From Bdellovibrionota bacterium (GTDB taxonomy: Bacteria > Bdellovibrionota_C > UBA2361 > JBGSMV01), in contig JBIKWF010000074.1 in NCBI GenBank assembly GCA_044356455.1, positions 1-21,148 on the forward strand: a DNA stretch of 21,148 nucleotides, read 5' to 3'. The translations under genes were made by a program, and so were the position numbers. The notes beneath the pieces were generated by a model, which did no database searches, was not told the DNA's origin, and worked only from the letters and a program-made list of their open reading frames with translations. Of this stretch, positions 1 to 8,279 are shown piece by piece. How positions within the stretch are numbered: the stretch's first letter is position 1; each line of letters opens with the position of its first letter.

Positions 1-181
1 CCTCTTATGTGCCGCTATCCCCCTTACCCCTTACCTTGTTCTCTGAGACTTAGCTGCGGTTAACCCGTTGAGTTTACTACGCCCCGGTCGCGTTTCCTGT
101 CTGATTTCTTTAAAAAATGTTCTCCGAAGAAACTTTAGTCGCCAATTGCCGAATATTCTTTCGCTTATTGAGGAGGCGCGG

Positions 182-415
182 ATGAATCAATTTCAAGACA
201 TCATTCCTATTTCTTTGTTCAAGAAAGATACTAAAGAGTACCTATCTAAAGCTGAAATTACGGGGGCACCCATCCTCCTTACCCTTCACGGTAGAGGTGC
301 CTTTGTGCTCCTGCACGTAAATTCATTCATGCGAAACAATGAGTTAGCTGAAATGGGGCGACATAGCCTGGGGTTGAACGGCATGCTCGAAAGGATGCAG
401 AGAGAGCCGTCGTAG
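182..415 (+). CDS. Phd/YefM-family antitoxin (77 aa); start re-assigned to ATG 182
   Basis: GAGGAGG RBS at 170-176 precedes the in-frame ATG at 182. MNQFQDIIPISLFKKDTKEYLSKAEITGAPILLTLHGRGAFVLL matches the Phd/YefM N-terminal pattern (I.pis.FK......l......g.P.lLT.nG+...Vl). Confidence 0.75.
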   Translation: MNQFQDIIPISLFKKDTKEYLSKAEITGAPILLTLHGRGAFVLLHVNSFMRNNELAEMGRHSLGLNGMLERMQREPS

Positions 416-436
416 GGGCGCTAAGTCTCTGAGGAA

Positions 437-1774
437 ATGAGGGGGGGAGTAGGTGGTCGACTATTTCGCAGGTGCAGACGATTTCTTCAGCTGCACAACA
501 ACTCTGCCGACATTGAAGTGATGATTCTTTTCACAGCGCACTTCGACGCAGCAATTCAGGGTTTCCACATAACGGAAGGAGAAGCGGAGACCCTCAGAGC
601 GAAAGGACGTGCAGGATCGAGCTGGGCCAGAGCAAGACTACTGGGTTATCTGGCGTACAATCACCCGGAATCAGAGGAGGCCGCCCTTGAGGCACTTTGG
701 TGGGTCCGTAACTTTCCCGGTTCTCGAATAGTTCGTTACACGGCTTCCTCAATGCTCGAGACGGGTATCAGTCCAGAACACATCATATCTAAATGGAAAA
801 TCTGGACGCATCACATAACAGTTCAGCCGCGAGATCGTAATGTCCTTTTAAATGCCTCGGCCGCACTCGAAGACCTCGATCCGGTCCAGGCGCTTACGAT
901 TATCTCTACTCTGATTGAGCGTGGAAATAGGAGCTATGAACTACTAATGAGGGGGGTGTCTCTAGCTCGAAAACTTGCACGAGAATCTGAGCATAAGGGA
1001 CAAGAAGGATGGGTTCGAAAGACAAGAGGTTTCTTGAAGGACGCAATTTCTATTCTACAAGTGCGTCCAATGAACCCATTTGACGATCTTAATGCGGTGG
1101 AGGCTGCGCTCTTTGTGAACGACCTTGACTCCGCGGCTATGTTGGCCCAACGAGTGCTTAATGGGGTGCACGGGGGACCTGCCGGAGAGGAGCACTATGT
1201 GCGAGCACAAACCAGCATTGGTTTAATCGCAGTCGCACGCGGGGAACTGGAGACCGCATCAGAGGTATTAAAACAGCTGGGAACTGCAGGATTTGAGTAC
1301 GATTGTTGTTCAAGGAATCTTCATCCCACAGAGTTGGCTCAGGAGCTTTTACCCACACACCGCACAACGGTCATTCAGTTCCTAGAAAATGTGCCTGAAA
1401 CCAGCCTGCCCCACAGCAAGAACCAATTGTTGGAAAAGCTTAAGCAGGGGGAAATTTCAGTCCGTATTTCCCCTTATGATTATACCGCGAATGTCATGGC
1501 GCATAGGGCGCGAGAGCTGCAGGCGCTCGGTCGAAGGGCAGAGGCACTTGAGCTGTTAACGCGTGCAAGGAGGAGAGCGCACATCCCGCCCGTCGCCAAG
1601 TATTCGATCGGTGTAATGATGGATCGTCTAGGCGAAGCAGCGGAAGCGATTGATCTTGTCGCTGAGGCGCTTTCGGAGGATGCGAGTCTTCTCCCGACAG
1701 TGAAGGCCTCTATTAAATCAGGAAAGCAGTCAGATTTTTATCAGCTGTCGGTGGAAAGGTTGATAAGCGAGTAA
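437..1774 (+). CDS. Tetratricopeptide-repeat-like helical protein; true start may be GTG 518 or ATG 521
   Basis: 445-aa ORF rich in Ala/Leu helical repeats with TPR-like segments (e.g. ARELQALGRRAEALELL, YSIGVMMDRLGEAAEAIDLVAEAL). Confidence 0.55.
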   Translation: MRGGVGGRLFRRCRRFLQLHNNSADIEVMILFTAHFDAAIQGFHITEGEAETLRAKGRAGSSWARARLLGYLAYNHPESEEAALEALWWVRNFPGSRIVRYTASSMLETGISPEHIISKWKIWTHHITVQPRDRNVLLNASAALEDLDPVQALTIISTLIERGNRSYELLMRGVSLARKLARESEHKGQEGWVRKTRGFLKDAISILQVRPMNPFDDLNAVEAALFVNDLDSAAMLAQRVLNGVHGGPAGEEHYVRAQTSIGLIAVARGELETASEVLKQLGTAGFEYDCCSRNLHPTELAQELLPTHRTTVIQFLENVPETSLPHSKNQLLEKLKQGEISVRISPYDYTANVMAHRARELQALGRRAEALELLTRARRRAHIPPVAKYSIGVMMDRLGEAAEAIDLVAEALSEDASLLPTVKASIKSGKQSDFYQLSVERLISE

Positions 1775-1937
1775 CATGTGAAGGCGGGTAAATTTCGCGA
1801 CCCCTCTTTTCAAAAGTAGGCAGGCATCCTTGGTCTACCCTCAGTTGCCCCCTTACTTTTTCTGACTACCATTTCCGAGATTCTCAATAGCCGCATCCCG
1901 GAAGGCGCTTTGTATCTTATTATCTTTGAAGTAATGT

Positions 1938-1946
1938 TGCTATAAG
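1938..1946 (+). promoter_or_regulatory. Possible extended -10 element (TGcTATAAG)
   Basis: TG at 1938-1939 and TATAAG at 1941-1946, 6 nt before ATG 1953. No convincing -35 or RBS seen. Confidence 0.3.
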
Positions 1947-1952
1947 ATCACT

Positions 1953-2990
1953 ATGTCTCCTCTCACCGATGCATTAAGGCAGGCAACGATGTCGCTCGCT
2001 GCGCCGGGCCTGGCAATTTGCTTGGTTCTGGGATCCTGCAGTTCGCATGCGGTTGATGAATTGGCGCCGCCCCTCTCCGAGTTGTCAATTCTAGAGATCG
2101 CCTGTCCAGGCGCGGACGAGGGGATTAGTTTTTCGGGCGTTTTTAGGCATGGGAGGAGAATCTTTTTACTACCCGAATCGAAACATCGACCGGAGAGAGT
2201 GCGACTTATCGACTGTTCAGAAGAAAACCCGAAACTTGAAACGTACCTTGTCCTGCCAAAGGAGTTGGTCCCTAACGGGTTTGATGGATTTGAGGCAGCG
2301 GTGGCTTTTGGCGATGAGCTATTCGTGACTATCGAAGCGAAGACGCCTCAGGCCACACGTGGGTATGTTGCAAAAGCGCTCTTAAATCCCCACACAAGCG
2401 AGTTAGAGGTTCACAAAGTCGTAGAGGTGCCGCTTCGTAGTCGGCAGTTCAATCGCAGCGTTGAGGCGCTCACTATTTTCAAGAATCGGCTTTACGCTTT
2501 TGAGGAGATTAACTCAGCTCCGGCCAATCTGCTCCCGGTAGCCCATGAGTACGATCGCGAACTCAACTATTTGAGAGCCCTGCCTTTGCCGCAGATCCCC
2601 TATCGAGTTACCGACGCGACAGAAACGGATGCTCAGGGTAGATTTTGGGTAATAAACTACTGGTGGCCAGGTGATCTGGACCTAAAGCGGAGCTCTGACC
2701 CGATTGCGCTACCATGGGGCATTGGTCGTTCGCACAGTGAACCTAGCAATCGTGCGGGCCAGCAGGTTGAGCGCCTTCTTGAGCTAAGAATCGAAGAGGA
2801 TCGGGTGAGTTTAGTGCCGCGTGCTCCACGCTATCTTGAGCTTGAAACGAAAGCGCGCAATTGGGAGGCAATTACGCGCCTTTCGGATGACCGGTTCCTT
2901 ATCGCGACTGATACGCACCCAAGGACGATTGTGGCAGAAGTTCAGGGGTCTTTCTCGGATACCCGTTTCCAACGAGGAAGTGAGCCCTAA
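1953..2990 (+). CDS. Putative lipoprotein, beta-propeller of the esterase-like-phytase/SdiA-regulated type
   Basis: Hydrophobic signal ending in lipobox-like LVLGS-C. Repeated blade motifs GFEAAVAF..LFVTIE, SVEALT..LYAFEE, YRVTDAT, NWEAIT..FLIATD. Confidence 0.55.
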   Translation: MSPLTDALRQATMSLAAPGLAICLVLGSCSSHAVDELAPPLSELSILEIACPGADEGISFSGVFRHGRRIFLLPESKHRPERVRLIDCSEENPKLETYLVLPKELVPNGFDGFEAAVAFGDELFVTIEAKTPQATRGYVAKALLNPHTSELEVHKVVEVPLRSRQFNRSVEALTIFKNRLYAFEEINSAPANLLPVAHEYDRELNYLRALPLPQIPYRVTDATETDAQGRFWVINYWWPGDLDLKRSSDPIALPWGIGRSHSEPSNRAGQQVERLLELRIEEDRVSLVPRAPRYLELETKARNWEAITRLSDDRFLIATDTHPRTIVAEVQGSFSDTRFQRGSEP

Positions 2991-3093
2991 GTTTTTGCCT
3001 TTTGCGCTAATCGGCTCAAGTCACGCGGCAAATTTCGCCGGCGCCAAGGCTAAGATTTATCCGATTGGGACATAACTGTTTGTAGTCACAGTT

Positions 3094-3126
3094 TATTATT
3101 TATGCGTTGTTAACGCATAAATAATA
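3094..3126. promoter_or_regulatory. Perfect 15-bp inverted repeat (putative operator) upstream of the ATPase gene
   Basis: TATTATTTATGCGTT-gtt-AACGCATAAATAATA; the arms are exact reverse complements. Confidence 0.6.
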
Positions 3127-3175
3127 TGACAATTATGCTTCTGCTACACCTAATTATGTCGAATCTTGATTGTTT

Positions 3176-4462
3176 ATGGATAGACAGCTCTTAGCTCACG
3201 TACAACAAGAACGATTGGCCGAATTTTTGACAGCCAGGGAGAGATCGATACCCCGAACCCAACTTCTAGGGCTCCGTACCGACGATGAAGTCACTGTGAT
3301 CTCTGGGGTGCGCCGATGTGGAAAATCCTTTGCGATGCGTCTGCTTGCGGAGCAATTAAAAGATGCTGCAGCTCTTTATTATCTCGACTTAGAAGATCCG
3401 AGACTAATTAACTTTACCAGCGAAGATTTTGAGCATTCGTATAGTCTTTGGATGGCTACGCAATCGAGATACCCCGAGCGCGTAGTAATGTTTTTTGATG
3501 AGCCTCACAATGTTCCTGGGTGGGAGCGTTGGATGACGCACTTCGCTAGTCGGCCGGGGCACTCCGTCGTTCTCACCGGATCGAATTCGCACATGCTTAG
3601 CTCTGAACTAGCTACCTTTCTTACGGGCAGGCATCGTGTTGTGGCTCTCTCTCCGTTTTCTTTTGCCGAAGTTGCGGCCGCAGCGCCACTAGGTCTGAAT
3701 ACTGAATCGGCCAGGTCCGTAGGCAATGCCATCCAGCTCTATGAGCGGTACCGCTCCCTCGGTGGCTTTCCTCGTGTCTGGTTGGGCGGCGAAGTAGAGC
3801 TTCTCACGCAATATTTCAAGGATATTGTCCTAAAAGATATCTCAGCGCGGCGAGGTGCGGCGCCGGCGCAGACCAATATTGAACTGGGCGTTACCCTCAT
3901 GACCAATGCTGCGCGTTTAACCAATAAAACCAAACTCGCAAAACAGCTCGGCTTTAAGCAACCGCGTACCATTGCACGACACATTTCCGCGATGCAGGAT
4001 GCTTTCCTGTTTCGCGAACTACGCATTTTCTCACCGGCGCTGAAGAAACAGCAACGTAGTTTGCCGAAATTTTATCCAGTAGATCATGCTTTGGCGCGAG
4101 CGGTGCGGTTTAGCGTTGTCGATGACAGGAGTTTAGCGCTGGAGTGCATGGTTGCCTCTGAACTATGGCGTCGCGGATATGAATTATTCTATTGGCGAAG
4201 CTCTCAGGAATGGGAGGTCGACTTCATCGCGCGAAAGAGTGGATCGGGCACCATTGCGGTACAGGTAACGCTCGATCTCAGCAATCCGGCTGTATTTGAG
4301 CGGGAGAGTCGGGCGCTACAGGCCTGTGCGGAAGAACTCGGAATTACGGAGCTGATGGTAGTAACTGAAATGGATCGAAGAGAAATTAAACTTGGACGCC
4401 TGCGAGCCATCGCATCTCCGTTTTATGAATGGGCAGTTGGTAACTGGCAAGATAGTCCCTAG
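3176..4462 (+). CDS. AAA_14/DUF4143-type ATP-binding protein (alternative TTG start at 3170)
   Basis: Walker A GVRRCGKS, Walker B MFFDE, LTGSNS..LS.ELAT.LTGR, GGFP, KFYPVDH, LECMVASEL and YWR...EVDFI motifs typical of this family. Confidence 0.88.
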   Translation: MDRQLLAHVQQERLAEFLTARERSIPRTQLLGLRTDDEVTVISGVRRCGKSFAMRLLAEQLKDAAALYYLDLEDPRLINFTSEDFEHSYSLWMATQSRYPERVVMFFDEPHNVPGWERWMTHFASRPGHSVVLTGSNSHMLSSELATFLTGRHRVVALSPFSFAEVAAAAPLGLNTESARSVGNAIQLYERYRSLGGFPRVWLGGEVELLTQYFKDIVLKDISARRGAAPAQTNIELGVTLMTNAARLTNKTKLAKQLGFKQPRTIARHISAMQDAFLFRELRIFSPALKKQQRSLPKFYPVDHALARAVRFSVVDDRSLALECMVASELWRRGYELFYWRSSQEWEVDFIARKSGSGTIAVQVTLDLSNPAVFERESRALQACAEELGITELMVVTEMDRREIKLGRLRAIASPFYEWAVGNWQDSP

Positions 4463-4627
4463 AATAAGGATAGCGATATGTTAGTCGGCAACTTATTTCC
4501 GTAACGGGTAAATCATCTATTGGTTGTTAACCGCGAGATTGGCGAGAGGTTCTTGTTGACTGATGAGCCAAGCTCGTTTCTTCTGGTGCCTCGTAGAGCA
4601 ACGTAAAGCCTCAGTAAATGGATTCTC

Positions 4628-5947
4628 ATGCATATCCCAACTATCTCCATACTGATAACAGGCTCCGAAATCCTCGATAGCCGCGTCCCCGATACGAACT
4701 CGCATCTCATTATCGAAAGGGTAACAAGAGCCGGGTTTGCCGTGCGACACACCCTTAGTTGCGGGGACGATCCCGCGTCCATCGCCTCTTGCATCACGTT
4801 TCTTTTGGAGCGTTCAGACGCCGTTATTCTCTCAGGGGGCATGGGGCCGACGTCTGATGATTTAACGAGGGAGGTCGTGGCAGAACTTGCGGGGGTAGGA
4901 CTTGAGCTTAGGGAGGACGCGCTTAAAAACTTGATGGCTCTCTACGCCTCCCGGGGACGCGCCTATGATAGGGCGAATGATAAGCAAGCAATGTTCCCAG
5001 TTGGGTCTAAGATGGTTCCTAATCCTGTAGGGACCGCGCCAGGATTTCTTATCGAGCTCTCGTCAGGACCTCTTCGTAAGCCCTTGGTTGCTCTTCCGGG
5101 GGTTCCTGGAGAACTTAGGGCTATGCTTGATGAAAGCGTACTTGCTCTCTTGGGGGCGCGCCTACTCTCACCGAGTGCTCGTGACGCGGACGGAAAGCCG
5201 CGTGTAAAGAGCGTGCGCCAGCTCAGAGTTTTTGGCCTCCCAGAGTCTGTCATTGGAGCAAAGATTAAAGAGAGTCGGCCCGCTTCCGATATTGTTATCT
5301 CTTACCGAGCAGCATTTCCTGAGGTGCATGTAGTTCTTAAGGCTCCGGAGCTTGGATTTGACGAAAGTATTCTCGAGGGATCCGCTCGGAGAGCTCTTGA
5401 GGCGCTTGGAAGCGAGTATGTTTTTTCACATTCTCTTGATTGCTCTTTAGACCAAGTTGTTCACGAACTACTAGCTAAGGAATCCGCTACTATTTCCGTT
5501 GCGGAGTCCTGTACGGGCGGAATGTTAGGGGAGTTTTTGACTGCGATGCCGGGTAGTTCAAAAACGTTTTTGGGGGGCGCGGTGACCTATAGCAATGAGG
5601 CTAAGATGGCCCTGCTCGGAGTCTCACTGCAGTCTCTAAAAGAACATGGCGCGGTCAGTTTCCAAGTTGCCGCTGAGCTTGCGAAAGGTGCACGCAAGGC
5701 GTTTGGATCGACCTATGCAGTTTCTACGACTGGTATCGCAGGACCAGGGGGCGGGAGTGAAGAAAAGCCTGTGGGAACCTTTTTTGTAGGGATTGCTTCT
5801 CCATCAGGAGTCTTTTCTTACAAGTGCTTCTTCTCCTCGAGTCGGCAGCGAATTAGGAAATATGCTACCTATACTGCAGCAGATATTTGCCGCCGAAGCT
5901 TGCTTTCGCTGCCAGTCAGGTGGCCAGCAAACAGCGGAGAGTCATAG
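4628..5947 (+). CDS. cinA: Competence/damage-inducible protein CinA (molybdopterin-binding-like domain plus NMN deamidase PncC domain)
   Basis: GSEILD..DTN, GGMGPTSDDLTRE, NPVGTAPG, LPGVPGE, then VAESCTGG, YSNEAK, HGAVS, TTGIAGPGGG.EKPVG. Confidence 0.95.
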   Translation: MHIPTISILITGSEILDSRVPDTNSHLIIERVTRAGFAVRHTLSCGDDPASIASCITFLLERSDAVILSGGMGPTSDDLTREVVAELAGVGLELREDALKNLMALYASRGRAYDRANDKQAMFPVGSKMVPNPVGTAPGFLIELSSGPLRKPLVALPGVPGELRAMLDESVLALLGARLLSPSARDADGKPRVKSVRQLRVFGLPESVIGAKIKESRPASDIVISYRAAFPEVHVVLKAPELGFDESILEGSARRALEALGSEYVFSHSLDCSLDQVVHELLAKESATISVAESCTGGMLGEFLTAMPGSSKTFLGGAVTYSNEAKMALLGVSLQSLKEHGAVSFQVAAELAKGARKAFGSTYAVSTTGIAGPGGGSEEKPVGTFFVGIASPSGVFSYKCFFSSSRQRIRKYATYTAADICRRSLLSLPVRWPANSGES

Positions 5948-6029
5948 CAGTTCCGCTGACTTTCGGTTAGCCTATGGTAGTCCTGCATCTGCTCGCCAAA
6001 GATTTTTCTTTACTGTTTGAAGTCCGATT

Positions 6030-7313
6030 ATGCTCGAAGAAGTAGTAAGTATTACCGTTACCGGACTTGCGCATGGGGGCGAAGTGATTGGCCGCCCGGA
6101 AGAATCCAGCCCCGACCAGCGTAAGGTCTTTGTGCGCGGGGGGATCCCTGGCGAGAAGGTCCTTGTAAAGATTACCGAAGATCACAAGAATTTTCGAAGA
6201 GGAGTTCTTAAGCAAGTTATTGCCCCTTCTTCAGAAAGAGTAGTTGCGCCCTGCTCCTACTTCGGTGCCTGTGGAGGCTGCGATTATCAGCACATCACTA
6301 TCTCGGCGCAGCGTGAACATAAGCGCGAGATGGTAGAGAGCATGCTCAAGCGTCAAGCTGGCGTTACTCCGAAAGAAGGAGTTCAGCTTTTAGGGGCAGA
6401 TCTCCCCTCTTTCGAATATCGCAGAAGAATTACCTTGCATATTGGCAAGTCGAGCGCCGGTTCTGGCCCTACCCTTGGTTTTTTCCGGGAAGGTAGTACT
6501 GACGTCGTTGATTTATCTGTATGTATGCTGGCAGCTCCCAAGATTAATTGCGCGCTGCAGCAGATTCGCGGGCTATTGCCAATCATCGAAGACGCAATCT
6601 CATCTATCACCGTTGAGGAGCACGAGGGTGAAATATTTATTGCTGCAAGGCTTGGAGAAGATGCCCTTGAGCGCATAGATCACGAGGAGTCTCCCGCACT
6701 TTCGGCCTTAGGCGAGGAGTTCGATAACCTCTCCATTCTTGATCGAGAGACGATTCTCTACTCACAGTATCGGCGCACTCCAGAGGCTGTAACCCAGCGC
6801 ACCTTTCCGGCAGGCAAATTTTCACAAGTGAATACCGAGGGGAATTCGGTTCTTGTCGATAAAGTAGTGAAGCTCGTTGCTTTTCCTGAAGTAACTGATC
6901 TGTATGCAGGCGCGGGAAATTTCTCTCTCCCGCTTGCCGAAGCGGGTAAATTTGTTGATGCGGTAGAGCTCGATCCCGAGCTCGTGGCGCTTGGCGAGCG
7001 GCTCGCGTTCTCTAACCGCATCGCAGCCGGACGAATTACTTTTACGCAAAGCACCTGCGAGCAGTACGTAAAGCGCAACGCGCTTAGAGCCTCCGTGTTG
7101 CTGGATCCTCCGCGCACAGGGGCTGATGCGGTAGCAAAGGTAGTCGACCCTAAAATAACCAAGCAGATTGTTTATGTAAGTTGTGGGCTTCCCACTTTGT
7201 GCCGGGATGCAAAGACCTTGGCGGCCAGGGGGTTCAGTTTAAAACATACTTGGGTAGTCGATATGTTTGCGCAGACCCATCATGTTGAGACGATTTCGGT
7301 ATTTGAAGCCTAA
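6030..7313 (+). CDS. rlmD: 23S rRNA (uracil-C5)-methyltransferase, RlmD/RumA family
   Basis: N-terminal TRAM domain, CSYFGACGGCDYQH Fe-S motif, FSQVN, DLYAGAGNFS, LDPPRTG, YVSC, DMFAQTHHVE. Confidence 0.9.
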   Translation: MLEEVVSITVTGLAHGGEVIGRPEESSPDQRKVFVRGGIPGEKVLVKITEDHKNFRRGVLKQVIAPSSERVVAPCSYFGACGGCDYQHITISAQREHKREMVESMLKRQAGVTPKEGVQLLGADLPSFEYRRRITLHIGKSSAGSGPTLGFFREGSTDVVDLSVCMLAAPKINCALQQIRGLLPIIEDAISSITVEEHEGEIFIAARLGEDALERIDHEESPALSALGEEFDNLSILDRETILYSQYRRTPEAVTQRTFPAGKFSQVNTEGNSVLVDKVVKLVAFPEVTDLYAGAGNFSLPLAEAGKFVDAVELDPELVALGERLAFSNRIAAGRITFTQSTCEQYVKRNALRASVLLDPPRTGADAVAKVVDPKITKQIVYVSCGLPTLCRDAKTLAARGFSLKHTWVVDMFAQTHHVETISVFEA

Positions 7314-7346
7314 GAGTCCGTCCCGTAGGACGGGCGAGACTCCTAG
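7310..7346. mobile_element. Minimal (internally deleted) MITE, family A, on the rlmD stop codon
   Basis: CTAA-GAGTCCGTCCCGTAG-g-ACGGGCGAGACTC-CTAG. The ends match the TIRs of the 10295-10411 element (14/15 and 11/13 identity). Confidence 0.6.
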
Positions 7347-7367
7347 CCAAAAGCTCAAAGCTGTAAT

Positions 7368-7940
7368 TTATGAATGCCGCGTGGTTTGCCCGATTCGCTC
7401 CCAGATCGCGCCAAGCTCTAATCGGGATATCCAAGGCGAGAGCTCTTCAAGGGATATTTGGGTCGGCGAAGTTCTTAACATCGCTTCGATATCTCGAATA
7501 TGCTTTTCGGAGTTGCCCTCTTTATAAAAGAGCATCTTCTTTAGAATCACGTATTCTGGTGGGGCAAGAGATACTTCAACTCCAGCTATTGAGAAGCGAC
7601 GAGTTCGAGCGAGACCCCAAGCCTGTAATGGATCCTCACCGCTTAGGTAAACGTCTGCTTTAAATCCTGAATCATGGTGAATGAGGTTAAAGTGCCCACG
7701 TCGAGAACGCGCCATTTCTATTCGAATCACTTCCTCTGGAGGAAAGTAGAAGTCAGATTCAGGGAAAAGCGTTGCTATGCGAGGAACATGAGAGAGCTTG
7801 AGATCCAGCACGAGATCAATGTCGTGAGTAAGTCTTGCTTCGCCATAGAGCATAGCGGCAACACTTCCTGTCACCATGTAAGTACAGCCGAGGTCGTTAA
7901 GTGGCTTTACGAAAAGAAGAAAGAGATTAGGTTCTTGCAT
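7368..7940 (-). CDS. Pol-beta-superfamily nucleotidyltransferase (possible TA-module component)
   Basis: YMVTGSVAAMLYGEARLTHDIDLV has the G[S/G]...D.D motif; also KADVY and PPEYVILKK....SEKHIRDI. Confidence 0.8.
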   Translation of the reverse strand: MQEPNLFLLFVKPLNDLGCTYMVTGSVAAMLYGEARLTHDIDLVLDLKLSHVPRIATLFPESDFYFPPEEVIRIEMARSRRGHFNLIHHDSGFKADVYLSGEDPLQAWGLARTRRFSIAGVEVSLAPPEYVILKKMLFYKEGNSEKHIRDIEAMLRTSPTQISLEELSPWISRLELGAIWERIGQTTRHS

Positions 7941-8112
7941 ATAGGAACGATTCCCGAACCATCCTCTGCACTTGCGCTTCGTTGAAGAGTGGGTTTTGGG
8001 AGCGGACCCAGGCAGCTTTGAGTTCTCTCGCTGAATGGTAGAGCCGAAGGGCAGCCTCGAGCTTTTCGGTGGGGCTCATTGCGCTAAATCGGTCTGCTTG
8101 TATTCGTTCCAT
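7927..8112 (-). CDS. Small helical protein (61 aa) translationally coupled to the nucleotidyltransferase
   Basis: GGAG RBS precedes ATG at 8112 (MERIQADRFSAMSPTEKLEAALRL...). Overlaps the NTase start by 14 nt. Confidence 0.7.
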   Translation of the reverse strand: MERIQADRFSAMSPTEKLEAALRLYHSARELKAAWVRSQNPLFNEAQVQRMVRESFLYART

Positions 8113-8279
8113 GGCTTCTCCATGAAGCGTGTCTGCCGAGAGTGAGGCGAGTCGTTCTTTTCCCATAGCTCCCTGCAAGGTACCACATAAGGTTTAGCGC
8201 TCAAAGATGCCGCTCTTGGACCCGAGACGACGGCTAGATTATACCGAGAGAAACCGCTATCTTCTCGGTCTTATTAGTT

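Noticed and set aside
68..181. N-terminal extension of the first ORF from TTG 68
   Set aside because: The strong RBS and Phd homology start at ATG 182; the extension looks like translated promoter DNA.
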